A stretch of DNA of 64,000 nucleotides. Origin: Flavobacteriales bacterium. Its GTDB lineage: Bacteria; Bacteroidota; Bacteroidia; Flavobacteriales_C; GCA-002722245. The notes beneath the pieces were generated by a model, which was not told the DNA's origin, did no database searches, and was given only the letters and a program-made list of their open reading frames with translations. The position numbers and the translations under genes are program-made. Every line of letters starts with the position of its first letter. Position 1 is the stretch's first letter. The DNA lies in contig CANFBW010000001.1 in assembly GCA_947444925.1 (NCBI GenBank), positions 29,823 to 93,822 of the forward strand, written 5' to 3'. This document shows positions 45,784-56,721 of this stretch, piece after piece.

Positions 45784-46245
45784 ATGAATTACCAATTTCA
45801 CTTCGATCATTTGACCGTCATCCGTAATAAATTCGTTGAAGCGTTAGACGCGCTTCCATTGGAAAAATTATTGGTCATTCCGCAGGGCTGTAACAACAAT
45901 ATGCTATGGCAAATTGGGCATTGTGCCGTTTCGCAGCAACGTTTAATGTATAGCTACAGTGGATTGCCCATACATTTGGAAGACGACTTTGTTGAATTGT
46001 TTAAAATAGGCACTTCTCCAAAAAACTGGACCAGCACTCCTGATGTTGCCCTCGTTCGTGCTGCGTTGATCGGTACTCTTGATCATTTGAAGGTTGATAT
46101 TGAAAATGGGTTGTTTAAAGAGTATAAGTCTTTCAAAACTTCTGCGGGCTTGGTTTTGAATTCTTTTGAAGAGGCCTTCACCTATAGCAATTACCACGAA
46201 GGCGTGCACATAGGTAATCTGGAAATTTTCAGAAGAATTGTGTAG
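45784..46245 (+). CDS. DinB/YfiT-family (DinB_2) protein
   Basis: MNYQFHFDHLTVIRNKFVEALDALP...WQIGHCA..Q fits the four-helix DinB-family His pattern. The ORF track starts at 45760. Confidence 0.65.
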   Translation: MNYQFHFDHLTVIRNKFVEALDALPLEKLLVIPQGCNNNMLWQIGHCAVSQQRLMYSYSGLPIHLEDDFVELFKIGTSPKNWTSTPDVALVRAALIGTLDHLKVDIENGLFKEYKSFKTSAGLVLNSFEEAFTYSNYHEGVHIGNLEIFRRIV

Positions 46246-47007
46246 CTAGCCCCTTGTAAAAACCCAGTCGTTGGCAGTGGAGAGCGTTTTGTTGAAGGCA
46301 TAATCGTCGAGCTTGAATTTTTGCAAGTCGCTACTTTTTTCAATTTTGTTTTTTACGATGTAGTGCGCCATTCTGCCGCGCGCTTTTTTTGCGAACATCA
46401 TCACAATTTTATAGTCTTTGCCTTTTTTTTCTTTGAAATGACAATGAATGACATTGGCTTTCAGTACTTTTTGTTGCACAGCTTTAAAATATTCTACTGA
46501 TGCAAGATTGATGACGGTTTCGCTGCCATTGAGGTCTTTGTTGATTTGCTCAGTGATTAACTTATCCCAAAAAGCATATAGGTTTTTATTTTTTGCGGGA
46601 GCCCATGCTGTGCCCATTTCAAGGCGGTAGGGTTGAATAAGGTCAAGCGGTTTTAGCAAGCCATAAAGTCCAGAAAGGATACGAATGTGTTTTTGTGCAA
46701 AGTCAATTTCTTCTCCATTGAATTCGCTTGCAGCTAATCCGTTTGCGACCTCTCCGCTGAAAGTAAAAACAGCAGGTCGTGCGTTTTTGCGTTGGTGATC
46801 TTTAGTGAAGTGTTGGTATCGCTGGTGATTGAGTGCGCTTAGGTTTTCGCTTAGGTGCATCAATTCTCCAATTTTTTTCGTCGACATTTTTTTTAATCCG
46901 GCAATGAGTTGACTGGCCTGCTCTATATTTTCCGGCAGCGAATGCTGATCGCTTTTTATAGCGGTTTCAAAATCAAGTGTTTTGGCAGGTGAGAGTAGTA
47001 CAATCAT
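46246..47007 (-). CDS. yaaA: Peroxide stress protein YaaA (UPF0246)
   Basis: MIVLLSPAKTLDF...LSGLYGLLKPLDLIQPYRLEMG...KIVMMFAKKARG aligns closely with E. coli YaaA. Confidence 0.85.
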   Translation of the reverse strand: MIVLLSPAKTLDFETAIKSDQHSLPENIEQASQLIAGLKKMSTKKIGELMHLSENLSALNHQRYQHFTKDHQRKNARPAVFTFSGEVANGLAASEFNGEEIDFAQKHIRILSGLYGLLKPLDLIQPYRLEMGTAWAPAKNKNLYAFWDKLITEQINKDLNGSETVINLASVEYFKAVQQKVLKANVIHCHFKEKKGKDYKIVMMFAKKARGRMAHYIVKNKIEKSSDLQKFKLDDYAFNKTLSTANDWVFTRG

Positions 47008-47013
47008 TGTTGC

Positions 47014-47703
47014 TTAGGCTTCAAAAAGTTTGGCAACCATAAAAGCAGCGCTCGCTGCGGCGGCGCCAATCATTGTAACTTTCAGAGCACCCATGAATAG
47101 GGGTTGTCCAGTAGCTTTGCTCTTGAAATACCCAAAAGTGAAAAGGCAAAGTAAGGTAACAATTGCCGATATTTTCAGACCTTCCAAAGGAGTATCGGTC
47201 ATAAAATAGGGTATAAGCGGTATGATACCGCCCACGAGGTAGGAGGTGCCGATGGTTAACGCACTCCTAGACGCCCTATTTTCATTGGGTTTTTCGAGTC
47301 CGAGTTCGAATTTCATCATGAAATCAACCCATTTTTGTTTGTCTTTTGCTAACTCTTCCACCAACATCGTTTGCGATTCTTCACTGAAACCATATTCCTG
47401 AAAGATTTCTTTCACCTCTTGTTTTTCGCGTTCCGGTACTCTTTCAACTTCGTCCCATTCTCTTTTAAGTTCCGAATGGTAGTGTTCTACTTCTGTTTTT
47501 CCAGCAAGGTAGCCGCCCAATCCCATGGCAATGGCGCCTGCTATCATTTCTGCAATTCCTGCTGTGATGACAATGTCGTTGTTGCTTACTGCACTGCTCA
47601 CGCCGGCGGCTAAGGCAAAGGGAACGGTGAGTCCGTCAGACATGCCAATTACCACGTCGGTGATAAAGTCAGAGTTGGTCAAGTGGTTTTCTTCGTGTGT
47701 CAT
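47014..47703 (-). CDS. VIT1/CCC1-family Fe/Mn transporter
   Basis: VIGMSDGLTVPFALAAG is the VIT-family N-terminal motif. The C-terminal TM bundle is present. 229 aa. Confidence 0.8.
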   Translation of the reverse strand: MTHEENHLTNSDFITDVVIGMSDGLTVPFALAAGVSSAVSNNDIVITAGIAEMIAGAIAMGLGGYLAGKTEVEHYHSELKREWDEVERVPEREKQEVKEIFQEYGFSEESQTMLVEELAKDKQKWVDFMMKFELGLEKPNENRASRSALTIGTSYLVGGIIPLIPYFMTDTPLEGLKISAIVTLLCLFTFGYFKSKATGQPLFMGALKVTMIGAAAASAAFMVAKLFEA

Positions 47704-47718
47704 ATGCTGTGTTTAAGG

Positions 47719-47751
47719 TAAAAAAAAAAGGGCGTAAATAAATACGCCCTT
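47719..47751 (-). terminator. Rho-independent terminator of ahcY (hairpin agggcgta-aataaa-tacgccct, followed on the minus strand by U9)
   Basis: Seen directly in the sequence. Confidence 0.6.
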
Positions 47752-47771
47752 CTTTGCAAAGATGCTGTATT

Positions 47772-49091
47772 CTAGTATCTGTAAGCGTCAGATTTGTAAG
47801 GACCTTCTACTTTAACACCGATATAGTCGGCTTGTTCTTTTGTTAAAACTTCCAATTCCACAGAAATTTTATTCAAGTGCAAGCGCGCTACTTTTTCGTC
47901 CAAAGATTTTGGAAGAACGTATACTTTGTTTTCGTATTTACCAGGATTCATCCACAACTCTAATTGAGCCAATACTTGATTGGTAAATGAGCTCGACATA
48001 ACGAATGACGGGTGACCTGTTGCGCAACCCAAGTTTACCAAGCGGCCTTCAGCCAAAACAATCACATCATTTCCAGATTTAACAGTGTATTTGTCAACTT
48101 GTGCTTTGATGTTTTCTTTTGTGCTTCCGTATGTTTTGTTCAACCAAGCCATATCGATTTCTGTGTCGAAGTGACCGATGTTACAAACGATGGCTTTGTC
48201 TTTCATCGCTTCGAAGTGACGACCAACGACGATGTCTTTGTTACCAGTTGTGGTTACAATGATGTCGGCTTCTAAAACCGCTTTGTCCATTGATTTCACT
48301 TCAAAACCTTCCATTGCCGCTTGTAAAGCGCAGATAGGGTCGATTTCAGTAACAATCACACGAGCACCAGCACCTCTCAATGAATCCGCTGAACCTTTTC
48401 CAACGTCGCCATAACCAGCAACAACAGCAACTTTACCGGCCATCATGATATCAGTGGCGCGACGGATTCCGTCAACCAATGATTCGCGACATCCGTATTT
48501 GTTGTCAAATTTAGATTTAGTTACTGAGTCGTTGATATTGATAGCAGGCAGCGGTAAGCCACCTTTCGCTGCTCTTTCGTTCAAACGAAGTACACCAGTT
48601 GTTGTTTCTTCAGAAATACCTTTGATGTCAGCAATCAATTCAGGAAAACGATCTAAAACCATATTTGTTAAATCGCCACCGTCGTCCAAAATCATATTCA
48701 AAGCTTTTCCGCCTTCAAAAGCGTGAAGCGTTTGTTCAATACACCAGTCGAAATCTACTTCGTTCAAGTTTTTCCAAGCGAAAACCGGAATTCCTGCAGC
48801 AGCAATCGCGGCAGCAGCGTGGTCTTGCGTAGAGAAGATGTTACATGATGACCAACTTACTTCAGCGCCTAATTCTGTTAATGTTTCAATTAGTACCGCC
48901 GTTTGAATGGTCATGTGCAAACAACCAGCAATTCTCGCACCTTTCAAAGGCTGAGATTTTTTGAATTCTTCGCGAAGTGACATTAAACCTGGCATTTCGG
49001 CCTCAGCCAAACGAATTTCTTTTCTACCCCATTCAGCCAAAGACATGTCTTTTACCTTGAAGGAGAGCTTTTGTGCAGTCATTTTTTCCAT
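47772..49091 (-). CDS. ahcY: Adenosylhomocysteinase
   Basis: [28 protein letters not shown]-terminus and the NAD-binding [10 protein letters not shown] motif. The start is taken at MEKM. The ORF track extends this to 49136. Confidence 0.9.
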   Translation of the reverse strand: MEKMTAQKLSFKVKDMSLAEWGRKEIRLAEAEMPGLMSLREEFKKSQPLKGARIAGCLHMTIQTAVLIETLTELGAEVSWSSCNIFSTQDHAAAAIAAAGIPVFAWKNLNEVDFDWCIEQTLHAFEGGKALNMILDDGGDLTNMVLDRFPELIADIKGISEETTTGVLRLNERAAKGGLPLPAININDSVTKSKFDNKYGCRESLVDGIRRATDIMMAGKVAVVAGYGDVGKGSADSLRGAGARVIVTEIDPICALQAAMEGFEVKSMDKAVLEADIIVTTTGNKDIVVGRHFEAMKDKAIVCNIGHFDTEIDMAWLNKTYGSTKENIKAQVDKYTVKSGNDVIVLAEGRLVNLGCATGHPSFVMSSSFTNQVLAQLELWMNPGKYENKVYVLPKSLDEKVARLHLNKISVELEVLTKEQADYIGVKVEGPYKSDAYRY

Positions 49092-49168
49092 GTTAAATTT
49101 TATTTTATGCAAAGTTACAAAATGTTGATTCTGCAAACAATTATAAATTCACTATTTTCGTCCCGACT

Positions 49169-49900
49169 ATGAACATTTATCAACATATATTACAAAAGTC
49201 GGCGGCAGGCAAAAAGCAATTTGCTGTTTTGATTGACCCTGATAAGGAAACGGAAAGCTCATTGCTGTCTTTGGGTGAGCTTGCGAATCAAGGTTTGGTG
49301 GATTATTTCTTTGTGGGTGGAAGTTTGCTAACACAAGACTGTATTGATGCTTGTATCGCCACAATAAAAAGTGTTTCCAATATTCCAGTGGTGTTGTTTC
49401 CTGGTAGTGTTTTGCAAATCAACCAGAAGGCCGATGGTCTTTTGTTTTTGTCATTGATCAGTGGCAGGAACGCTGACTTGCTAATTGGAAAGCATGTGGT
49501 TTCTGCGCCAATGTTAAAACAATCAAAGTTGGAGGTATTGCCAACTGGATATATGCTGATTGATGGTGGTCATCCTACTTCTGTTAGTTATATGAGTAAC
49601 ACAACGCCTATTCCTGCTGATAAAAAAGACATTGCTGTTTGCACGGCAATGGCGGGCGAGCTGCTTGGTTTAAAATTGATTTTTATGGATGCGGGCAGTG
49701 GAGCTGCGCATCCTGTATCTGAAGTCATGGTTACTGCAGTTAAAAAAGCCATTGGCATTCCACTGATTGTTGGCGGAGGAATAAAGTCGGCTGAAAAAGC
49801 CAAAGCTATTTTTGATGCTGGAGCCGATGTTGTTGTTGTTGGAAACGCTATCGAAAGCAATCGAGCGCTCATTCAGGAGATCGCAGCTATCATATCTTAA
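49169..49900 (+). CDS. GGGPS/PcrB-family (geranylgeranyl- or heptaprenyl-glyceryl phosphate synthase) homologue
   Basis: (beta/alpha)8 pattern with FVGGS, GYMLIDGG and the C-terminal phosphate-binding IVGGGIKS...GADVVVVGNAIE. These are typical of the PcrB/GGGPS family. Confidence 0.7.
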   Translation: MNIYQHILQKSAAGKKQFAVLIDPDKETESSLLSLGELANQGLVDYFFVGGSLLTQDCIDACIATIKSVSNIPVVLFPGSVLQINQKADGLLFLSLISGRNADLLIGKHVVSAPMLKQSKLEVLPTGYMLIDGGHPTSVSYMSNTTPIPADKKDIAVCTAMAGELLGLKLIFMDAGSGAAHPVSEVMVTAVKKAIGIPLIVGGGIKSAEKAKAIFDAGADVVVVGNAIESNRALIQEIAAIIS

Positions 49901-49950
49901 TTTATTTGTATTAATTAAAGTTGGAAGGGCACTAAAAATTTATTTTCAAT

Positions 49951-49980
49951 AATGTTTGTACGTACAACAAATGTTTGTAC
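49951..49980. promoter_or_regulatory. Operator-like element: 12-bp perfect palindrome ttgtacgtacaa (49956-49967) nested in the direct repeat aatgtttgtac x2
   Basis: Seen directly in the sequence, about 45 bp upstream of the 50011 start codon. Confidence 0.3.
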
Positions 49981-50010
49981 ATTTGAATTTATAACTAAAA
50001 AATATACATT

Positions 50011-50424
50011 ATGATTACTAAATTATCTTTCAAGAAATCAATCACGGCAGGCGCATTGGCTGCAGTTGCAGCAGCAGCAGTTAACGTGCTTTTGTTTTTT
50101 GTGCTTAAGGCAGCAGGCGTTTTTGTGGACACTATTTTTTTGCAACCCAATCAGCCCTTAACGGTTTTAGCGGTGCTAATTGCAAGCATTGTCCCAACAT
50201 TGATTGCTAGTGTCGTTTTTTTCTTAATTGAAAAATTCACTAACAATGGTTTCAAAATCTTCACAATTGTGTCTGTTGTGTTGTTATTGCTTTCATTTAT
50301 GAATCCATTTATGGGAATTCCTAATGTTACCATAAGTTTTGCTCTTGGACTTAATTTAATGCATGTTGTTGTTGTTTTAGCGTTATTGATCTTTATAGGA
50401 AAGGCGCATAAGCAAAATGCCTAA
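50011..50424 (+). CDS. Hypothetical four-TM membrane protein
   Basis: 137 aa with four hydrophobic helices and no recognisable motif. Confidence 0.5.
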   Translation: MITKLSFKKSITAGALAAVAAAAVNVLLFFVLKAAGVFVDTIFLQPNQPLTVLAVLIASIVPTLIASVVFFLIEKFTNNGFKIFTIVSVVLLLLSFMNPFMGIPNVTISFALGLNLMHVVVVLALLIFIGKAHKQNA

Positions 50425-50472
50425 TTATTAAAGAGTATGTTCGTTGTTAGCAATATGAAATAAATAGTAAAT

Positions 50473-50997
50473 ATGAAAATACTAGCATTTGGCGCTTCTT
50501 ATAGTCGCAATTCAATTAACAAAACTTTTGCTGCCTACGTTGCAAAGCAAATTGGTAATGCTGAGGTTGAGGTGTTGGATTTAAGTCAATACGATTTGCC
50601 GATTTTTACGGTGGACATAGAAAAGGAAGTGGGAACGCCCACTTTTGTCAATGCTTTTTTGTCGAAGTTAGAAAGTGCTGATTTACTGGTTATTTCTATG
50701 GCTGAACACAATGGAAGTTATACGGTTGCATTTAAAAATTTATTTGATTGGACTTCACGCGCGAAGTTGAAAATGTTTGAGGATAAGAAAATGATTTTAT
50801 TGTCTGCCGCTCCAGGGCCAAGGGGTGGCAAGGGAGTGATTGATTCTGCTTTGGTGCGTTTTCCTATGCACGGAGCCAATATTGTTATGCATTTCACATT
50901 GCCGAAATTCTCTGAAAATTTTAGTGACGACCTTGGCATTTTAAATGAGGAATTGAAGAAGGACTTTAGTGCTAAAATTGAAAATCTTTCATTTTGA
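50473..50997 (+). CDS. NADPH-dependent FMN reductase family protein
   Basis: MKILAFGASYSRNSINKTFA is the flavodoxin-like N-terminus with an SxxS phosphate loop. 174 aa. Confidence 0.8.
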   Translation: MKILAFGASYSRNSINKTFAAYVAKQIGNAEVEVLDLSQYDLPIFTVDIEKEVGTPTFVNAFLSKLESADLLVISMAEHNGSYTVAFKNLFDWTSRAKLKMFEDKKMILLSAAPGPRGGKGVIDSALVRFPMHGANIVMHFTLPKFSENFSDDLGILNEELKKDFSAKIENLSF

Positions 50998-51701
50998 AGT
51001 ACTTTTTAAAAAGATCGTCAGATCGCATATACAAAAAAGATGCTTGGAAGGAAAGTTGGTATGCTTTCGTTCCGTATCAGACAAACTTTGGTGAGTTGTG
51101 TGGTTTTGCTGATGATATTGTACAGCCTGGAAAAGGATTTGGCATGCATCCCCATCAAAATATGGAAATCAGCACCATTGTTTTGTCAGGTTCTCAGGCG
51201 CATAAGGACGATACGGGAAGTGAAGGTATTGTAGATGAAAATTCAGTTCAAACGATGAGCGCTGGAAAGGGGATTTTGCACAGTGAATACAATGCTTCGA
51301 ATATTCATGATTTCCATAGTTATCAAATTTGGGTATATCCTAAAATGAACAATGTCGCACCTCGCCACGCTAAATTTGTGTATCAGCCGCAAGATAAATT
51401 GAATAAATTATTATTGGCCCTTTCTCCCGACGAAAGAAATGGCAGTAAACAGATTAACCAAGATGCATTTTTTAGCCTATCTCTTATAGAGGCAAATACT
51501 AATATTTCGTACGCGGTGCACCAAAAAGGAAATGGAGTTTATATTCATTGTGCCAGTGGCGTGGTGGAGATTGCTGGTCAACATATTTTGGCGGGCGACG
51601 CCATTGGTGTGTACGAAACTGAAATTATTTCTATTCTCGCACACGAGGCTGCTGACCTCATCTTTGTTGAGGTTCCAATGGAGAGGGGAATAACGCTCTA
51701 G
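50994..51701 (+). CDS. Pirin-family protein
   Basis: GFGMHPHQNMEI is the cupin metal-binding HxH...E motif of pirins. The start is TTG, with a 4-bp overlap onto the upstream gene. Confidence 0.75.
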   Translation: MKYFLKRSSDRIYKKDAWKESWYAFVPYQTNFGELCGFADDIVQPGKGFGMHPHQNMEISTIVLSGSQAHKDDTGSEGIVDENSVQTMSAGKGILHSEYNASNIHDFHSYQIWVYPKMNNVAPRHAKFVYQPQDKLNKLLLALSPDERNGSKQINQDAFFSLSLIEANTNISYAVHQKGNGVYIHCASGVVEIAGQHILAGDAIGVYETEIISILAHEAADLIFVEVPMERGITL

Positions 51702-51711
51702 TTATTTTTCT

Positions 51712-51740
51712 TTTGCATCTCCCAAAAAATTCTATCTTTG
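51712..51740 (+). promoter_or_regulatory. Bacteroidetes sigma-A-type promoter (-33 TTTG at 51712-51715, -7 TATCTTTG at 51733-51740)
   Basis: Matches the TTTG / TAnnTTTG consensus with a 17-nt spacer. The predicted transcription start falls at the 5' edge of the THI-box. Confidence 0.45.
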
Positions 51741-51744
51741 TTAC

Positions 51745-51825
51745 CTCTTATAGGGGTGTCTATTAAAGGCTGAGAAAATACCCTCATAACCTGATACAGG
51801 TAATGCTGTCGAAGGGAATAAGTTC
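51745..51825 (+). promoter_or_regulatory. TPP (THI-box) riboswitch
   Basis: taGGGGTGtctattaaaGGCTGAGAaaatACCCtcatAACCTGATacaGGtAATgCtGtCGaAGGGAataag matches the conserved GGGGUG...CUGAGA...ACCC...AACCUGAUC.GG.UAAU.C..CG.AGGGA cores. A P1 pairing cttat/ataag is visible. It lies 45 nt upstream of thiS. Confidence 0.85.
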
Positions 51826-51866
51826 CGTATGGATTCTCCGCCTTTTTGTGCGCTCTGCGTAAATAA

Positions 51867-52076
51867 ATGAACGTGGAAATTAAAGTCAATAGAGATACAG
51901 TTCACATCACCAGCACTACCACTGTTTTGTCATTGCTGCAAAAACTTCGTGGCGAAAAATTGAATGGTTTAGCGGTGGCGGTAAATGAAAAGGTGATTCC
52001 TCGTCCCCAATGGGAGATAATGCAATTAAATCAAAATGACAATGTGTTGATAATTCAAGCCACACAAGGCGGATAG
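51867..52076 (+). CDS. thiS: Sulfur-carrier protein ThiS
   Basis: 69 aa with a ubiquitin-like pattern, ending in ...IIQATQGG with the C-terminal Gly-Gly. Confidence 0.85.
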   Translation: MNVEIKVNRDTVHITSTTTVLSLLQKLRGEKLNGLAVAVNEKVIPRPQWEIMQLNQNDNVLIIQATQGG

Positions 52077-52112
52077 TAAGTTCAAAGTTTCAAGTTTAAG
52101 GTTCAAAGTTGA

Positions 52113-53966
<1,854 letters not shown>

Positions 53967-53969
53967 TAT

Positions 53970-54593
53970 ATGGAATTGATATTGATATCTCCGCAGTCAT
54001 CTACTGAAAACGAAGTTGAAAAGATTATTGGTCTTTTTATAGCCGGTTTAGAAGTATTTCACTTGCGTAAGCCTGGCTATTCGAAAGAGAAAATGATGCG
54101 ATTTATTGAGCAAATTCCTGAACATTTTCACAACCGAATAGTAATTCATTCTCACCACCGCTTGGCTTTGAAATACAATTTGCACGGCATTCATTTGTCG
54201 TCCAGTAAACGAAAAAGTCGTTTTGATATGTGGGTGATAAAGCGTTTTATTATTAGAAGAAAACACAATTTAACAGTGTCAACATCTTTTCATAAAATAT
54301 CCAATGTTGATCTTTATGATCCACTATACAACTATGTTTTTTTGAGTCCGGTATTTGATAGCATCTCTAAAAAAGATTACCAAAGTGGTTTCGATGCGTT
54401 TTCTCTTCAGAAGGCCTTGGAACGCAGCAAATACAGAGTGTATGCATTGGGTGGTTTGTGTGCTGAAAATATTGCATTGGCTAAAGAATACGGATTCAAA
54501 GGGGGTGCCTTATTGGGTGGGATTTGGACTGAAGAAGACCCTGTAGAGGCCTATAAGAAATGTTTGAGTGTATGCAAGGAAATAGAGCAATAG
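53970..54593 (+). CDS. ThiE/TenI-family protein (thiamine-phosphate synthase-like; possibly thiazole tautomerase TenI)
   Basis: About 200-aa TIM-barrel pattern ending in ALGG......GG. It diverges from the second, canonical ThiE at 55320. Confidence 0.65.
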   Translation: MELILISPQSSTENEVEKIIGLFIAGLEVFHLRKPGYSKEKMMRFIEQIPEHFHNRIVIHSHHRLALKYNLHGIHLSSSKRKSRFDMWVIKRFIIRRKHNLTVSTSFHKISNVDLYDPLYNYVFLSPVFDSISKKDYQSGFDAFSLQKALERSKYRVYALGGLCAENIALAKEYGFKGGALLGGIWTEEDPVEAYKKCLSVCKEIEQ

Positions 54594-55327
54594 TACTTTC
54601 TATAGCTGGCTTTGATCCCAGTGCTGGTGCAGGTGTTTTGTCGGACATCAAAACATTTGAGCGTTTCAAAGTGTACGGTGTAGGCGTAAGCACGGCTACT
54701 ACTTTTCAAACAGACACTGTTTTTCAAGATTGTAAATGGGAGAAAGTAGAAGATGTGCTGCGTCAAATGAATTTGCTTTTTGATCGTTTCGACGTTAAAT
54801 GCGTAAAGATAGGCATCGTTCCCGACGTGTATTTTTTAGCTGCTGTTGTCGCTGAAATAAAATCTTTGTCACCTGACACTTCCATTGTTTGGGATCCTGT
54901 GCACAAGTCGAGTACTGGTTTTACTTTTTTTAAAGAAGTGGGCGATGATTTTATTTTGTCTGATGTATTGCGAAAAATCAACTTGCTAACACCGAATCAT
55001 GCCGAGGCCTTGTTCTTTGGTAGGGAAGATGATGCGCAGCGCAGCGCCAAAAAATTGAGTCGTTATTGCAACATATTGCTCAAAGATGGACATGGGGCAG
55101 GCGCAATGTCTACCGACGTTTTGTTTTTGCAAAGTGATGAAGCCATTCAGTTGCATGCTGAGCGCATTCAAGGCGCTGTCAAGCATGGATCGGGTTGTGT
55201 GTTGTCGGCGTCAATCACTGCGTTGATCGCGCAAGGAATGGATTTGGAAAGCGCTTGTCGCGAAGCAAAAAAATACATTGCTCAATTTTTAACAAGTTCA
55301 AACGCTTTATTGGGTTATCATGTATAA
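54572..55327 (+). CDS. thiD: Hydroxymethylpyrimidine / phosphomethylpyrimidine kinase ThiD
   Basis: AIVLSIAGFDPSAGAGVLSDIKTF is the ThiD N-terminus (ribokinase-like fold). The start is taken at MQGN. The ORF track starts at 54560. Confidence 0.85.
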   Translation: MQGNRAIVLSIAGFDPSAGAGVLSDIKTFERFKVYGVGVSTATTFQTDTVFQDCKWEKVEDVLRQMNLLFDRFDVKCVKIGIVPDVYFLAAVVAEIKSLSPDTSIVWDPVHKSSTGFTFFKEVGDDFILSDVLRKINLLTPNHAEALFFGREDDAQRSAKKLSRYCNILLKDGHGAGAMSTDVLFLQSDEAIQLHAERIQGAVKHGSGCVLSASITALIAQGMDLESACREAKKYIAQFLTSSNALLGYHV

Positions 55328-55964
55328 TCTTACAAAAATAGCGCAACTGCAATTCATCACTTCTGATGACTGTGCCCTGTCTCATTTAGAGCAAATTAAA
55401 TTGGTGCTCAACAATGGGGTGCAATGGGTACAGCTTCGTGCAAAAAATATGGATGCCGATTCTTTTTTTCGTTTGGCGGAAGAGGCTAAAAAAATGACCG
55501 AGCATTTTGCGGCAACTTTGATTGTCAACGATCATGTGGAACTTGCCAAGGCGATGCATGCCGATGGCGTGCACATTGGTAAAAACGATATTTTTCCGTC
55601 GCTTGCGCGACAAATATTGGGCGATAAAATTATTGGAGGCACGGCAAATACACTTGCCGATATACAAGCGATTGAAAAATACGTTGATTATGTAGGATTG
55701 GGTCCTTTTAGATTTACGAACACCAAAAAGAATTTGAGTCCAGTATTGGGCCATGCAGGTTACGCAAATATTTTGCAGCAAATGCAAGTGAAAATTCCTG
55801 TTATTGCTATTGGCGGACTCACTGTAGAAGATGTTGAAACATTGATGAATACTGGTGTTCATGGCATCGCTATATCGGGCGCCATCATCAATGCAGCACA
55901 GCCTGAAATAAAAATAAAACAATTTTTAAACGCCCTTGAATCATATGTTAGCACAGCCATTTAA
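55320..55964 (+). CDS. thiE: Thiamine-phosphate synthase ThiE
   Basis: LQFITSDD...VQLRAKN...[10 protein letters not shown]...DGVHIGKND...IGGT...VIAIGGL matches the ThiE motif order. Confidence 0.85.
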   Translation: MYNLTKIAQLQFITSDDCALSHLEQIKLVLNNGVQWVQLRAKNMDADSFFRLAEEAKKMTEHFAATLIVNDHVELAKAMHADGVHIGKNDIFPSLARQILGDKIIGGTANTLADIQAIEKYVDYVGLGPFRFTNTKKNLSPVLGHAGYANILQQMQVKIPVIAIGGLTVEDVETLMNTGVHGIAISGAIINAAQPEIKIKQFLNALESYVSTAI

Positions 55965-56721
55965 AATAGGAGACAAGATTTTTCAGTCGCGTTTGTTCAC
56001 CGGAACCGGAAAGTTCAGCGACGTGTTGAGTATGGAAAAAGCCATCGAGGCAAGTGAATCTGAGCTGGTGACAGTGGCTTTAAAGCGTGTTGACATGCGC
56101 AATGAGAACGACGATATTTTAAGTCACCTCAAACATCCGCGCATCAATTTGTTGCCCAATACCTCAGGTGTGCGTACCGCCAAAGAAGCAGTTTTTGCTG
56201 CACAGTTGGCGCGGGAAGCCCTTGAAACAAATTGGTTGAAATTAGAAATACACCCTGATCCAAGATACCTTTTGCCCGATCCTATTGAAACATTAAAGGC
56301 GGCCGAAGAATTGGTGAAATTGGGTTTCATTGTTTTGCCCTACGTCAATGCCGATCCAGTGCTGTGCAAGCGTTTAGAGGAAGTTGGCGTTGCGGCCGTA
56401 ATGCCTTTGGGTGCACCTATTGGCAGCAACAAGGGTTTGCGCACCGTTGATATGTTACAAATCATTATTGCCGAAAGTAAAGTGCCTGTCATTGTTGATG
56501 CGGGTATTGGTGCGCCGTCACACGCGGCTTATGCCATGGAATTGGGCGCCGATGCGGTACTGGTGAATACCGCCATCGCAGTGGCCGACGATGCTGTTGC
56601 CATGGCTTACGCTTTTAAATTGGCTGTGCAAGCGGGGCGACTCGCCTTTGAAGCAAAGCTCGGAAGCATTCGTCATCAGGCGCATGCCAGCAGTCCACTC
56701 ACCGCATTTTTACAAGACTAA
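55945..56721 (+). CDS. thiG: Thiazole synthase ThiG
   Basis: [20 protein letters not shown]-terminus. [14 protein letters not shown] and IVDAGIG are ThiG signatures. The ORF track starts at 55936. Confidence 0.9.
   Translation: MLAQPFKIGDKIFQSRLFTGTGKFSDVLSMEKAIEASESELVTVALKRVDMRNENDDILSHLKHPRINLLPNTSGVRTAKEAVFAAQLAREALETNWLKLEIHPDPRYLLPDPIETLKAAEELVKLGFIVLPYVNADPVLCKRLEEVGVAAVMPLGAPIGSNKGLRTVDMLQIIIAESKVPVIVDAGIGAPSHAAYAMELGADAVLVNTAIAVADDAVAMAYAFKLAVQAGRLAFEAKLGSIRHQAHASSPLTAFLQD

Noticed and set aside
45518-45787. An 89-aa ORF in the 550-bp intergenic region.
   Set aside because: It shows no compositional resemblance to neighbouring genes, no motifs and no obvious ribosome-binding context. 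It overlaps the DinB-family start.
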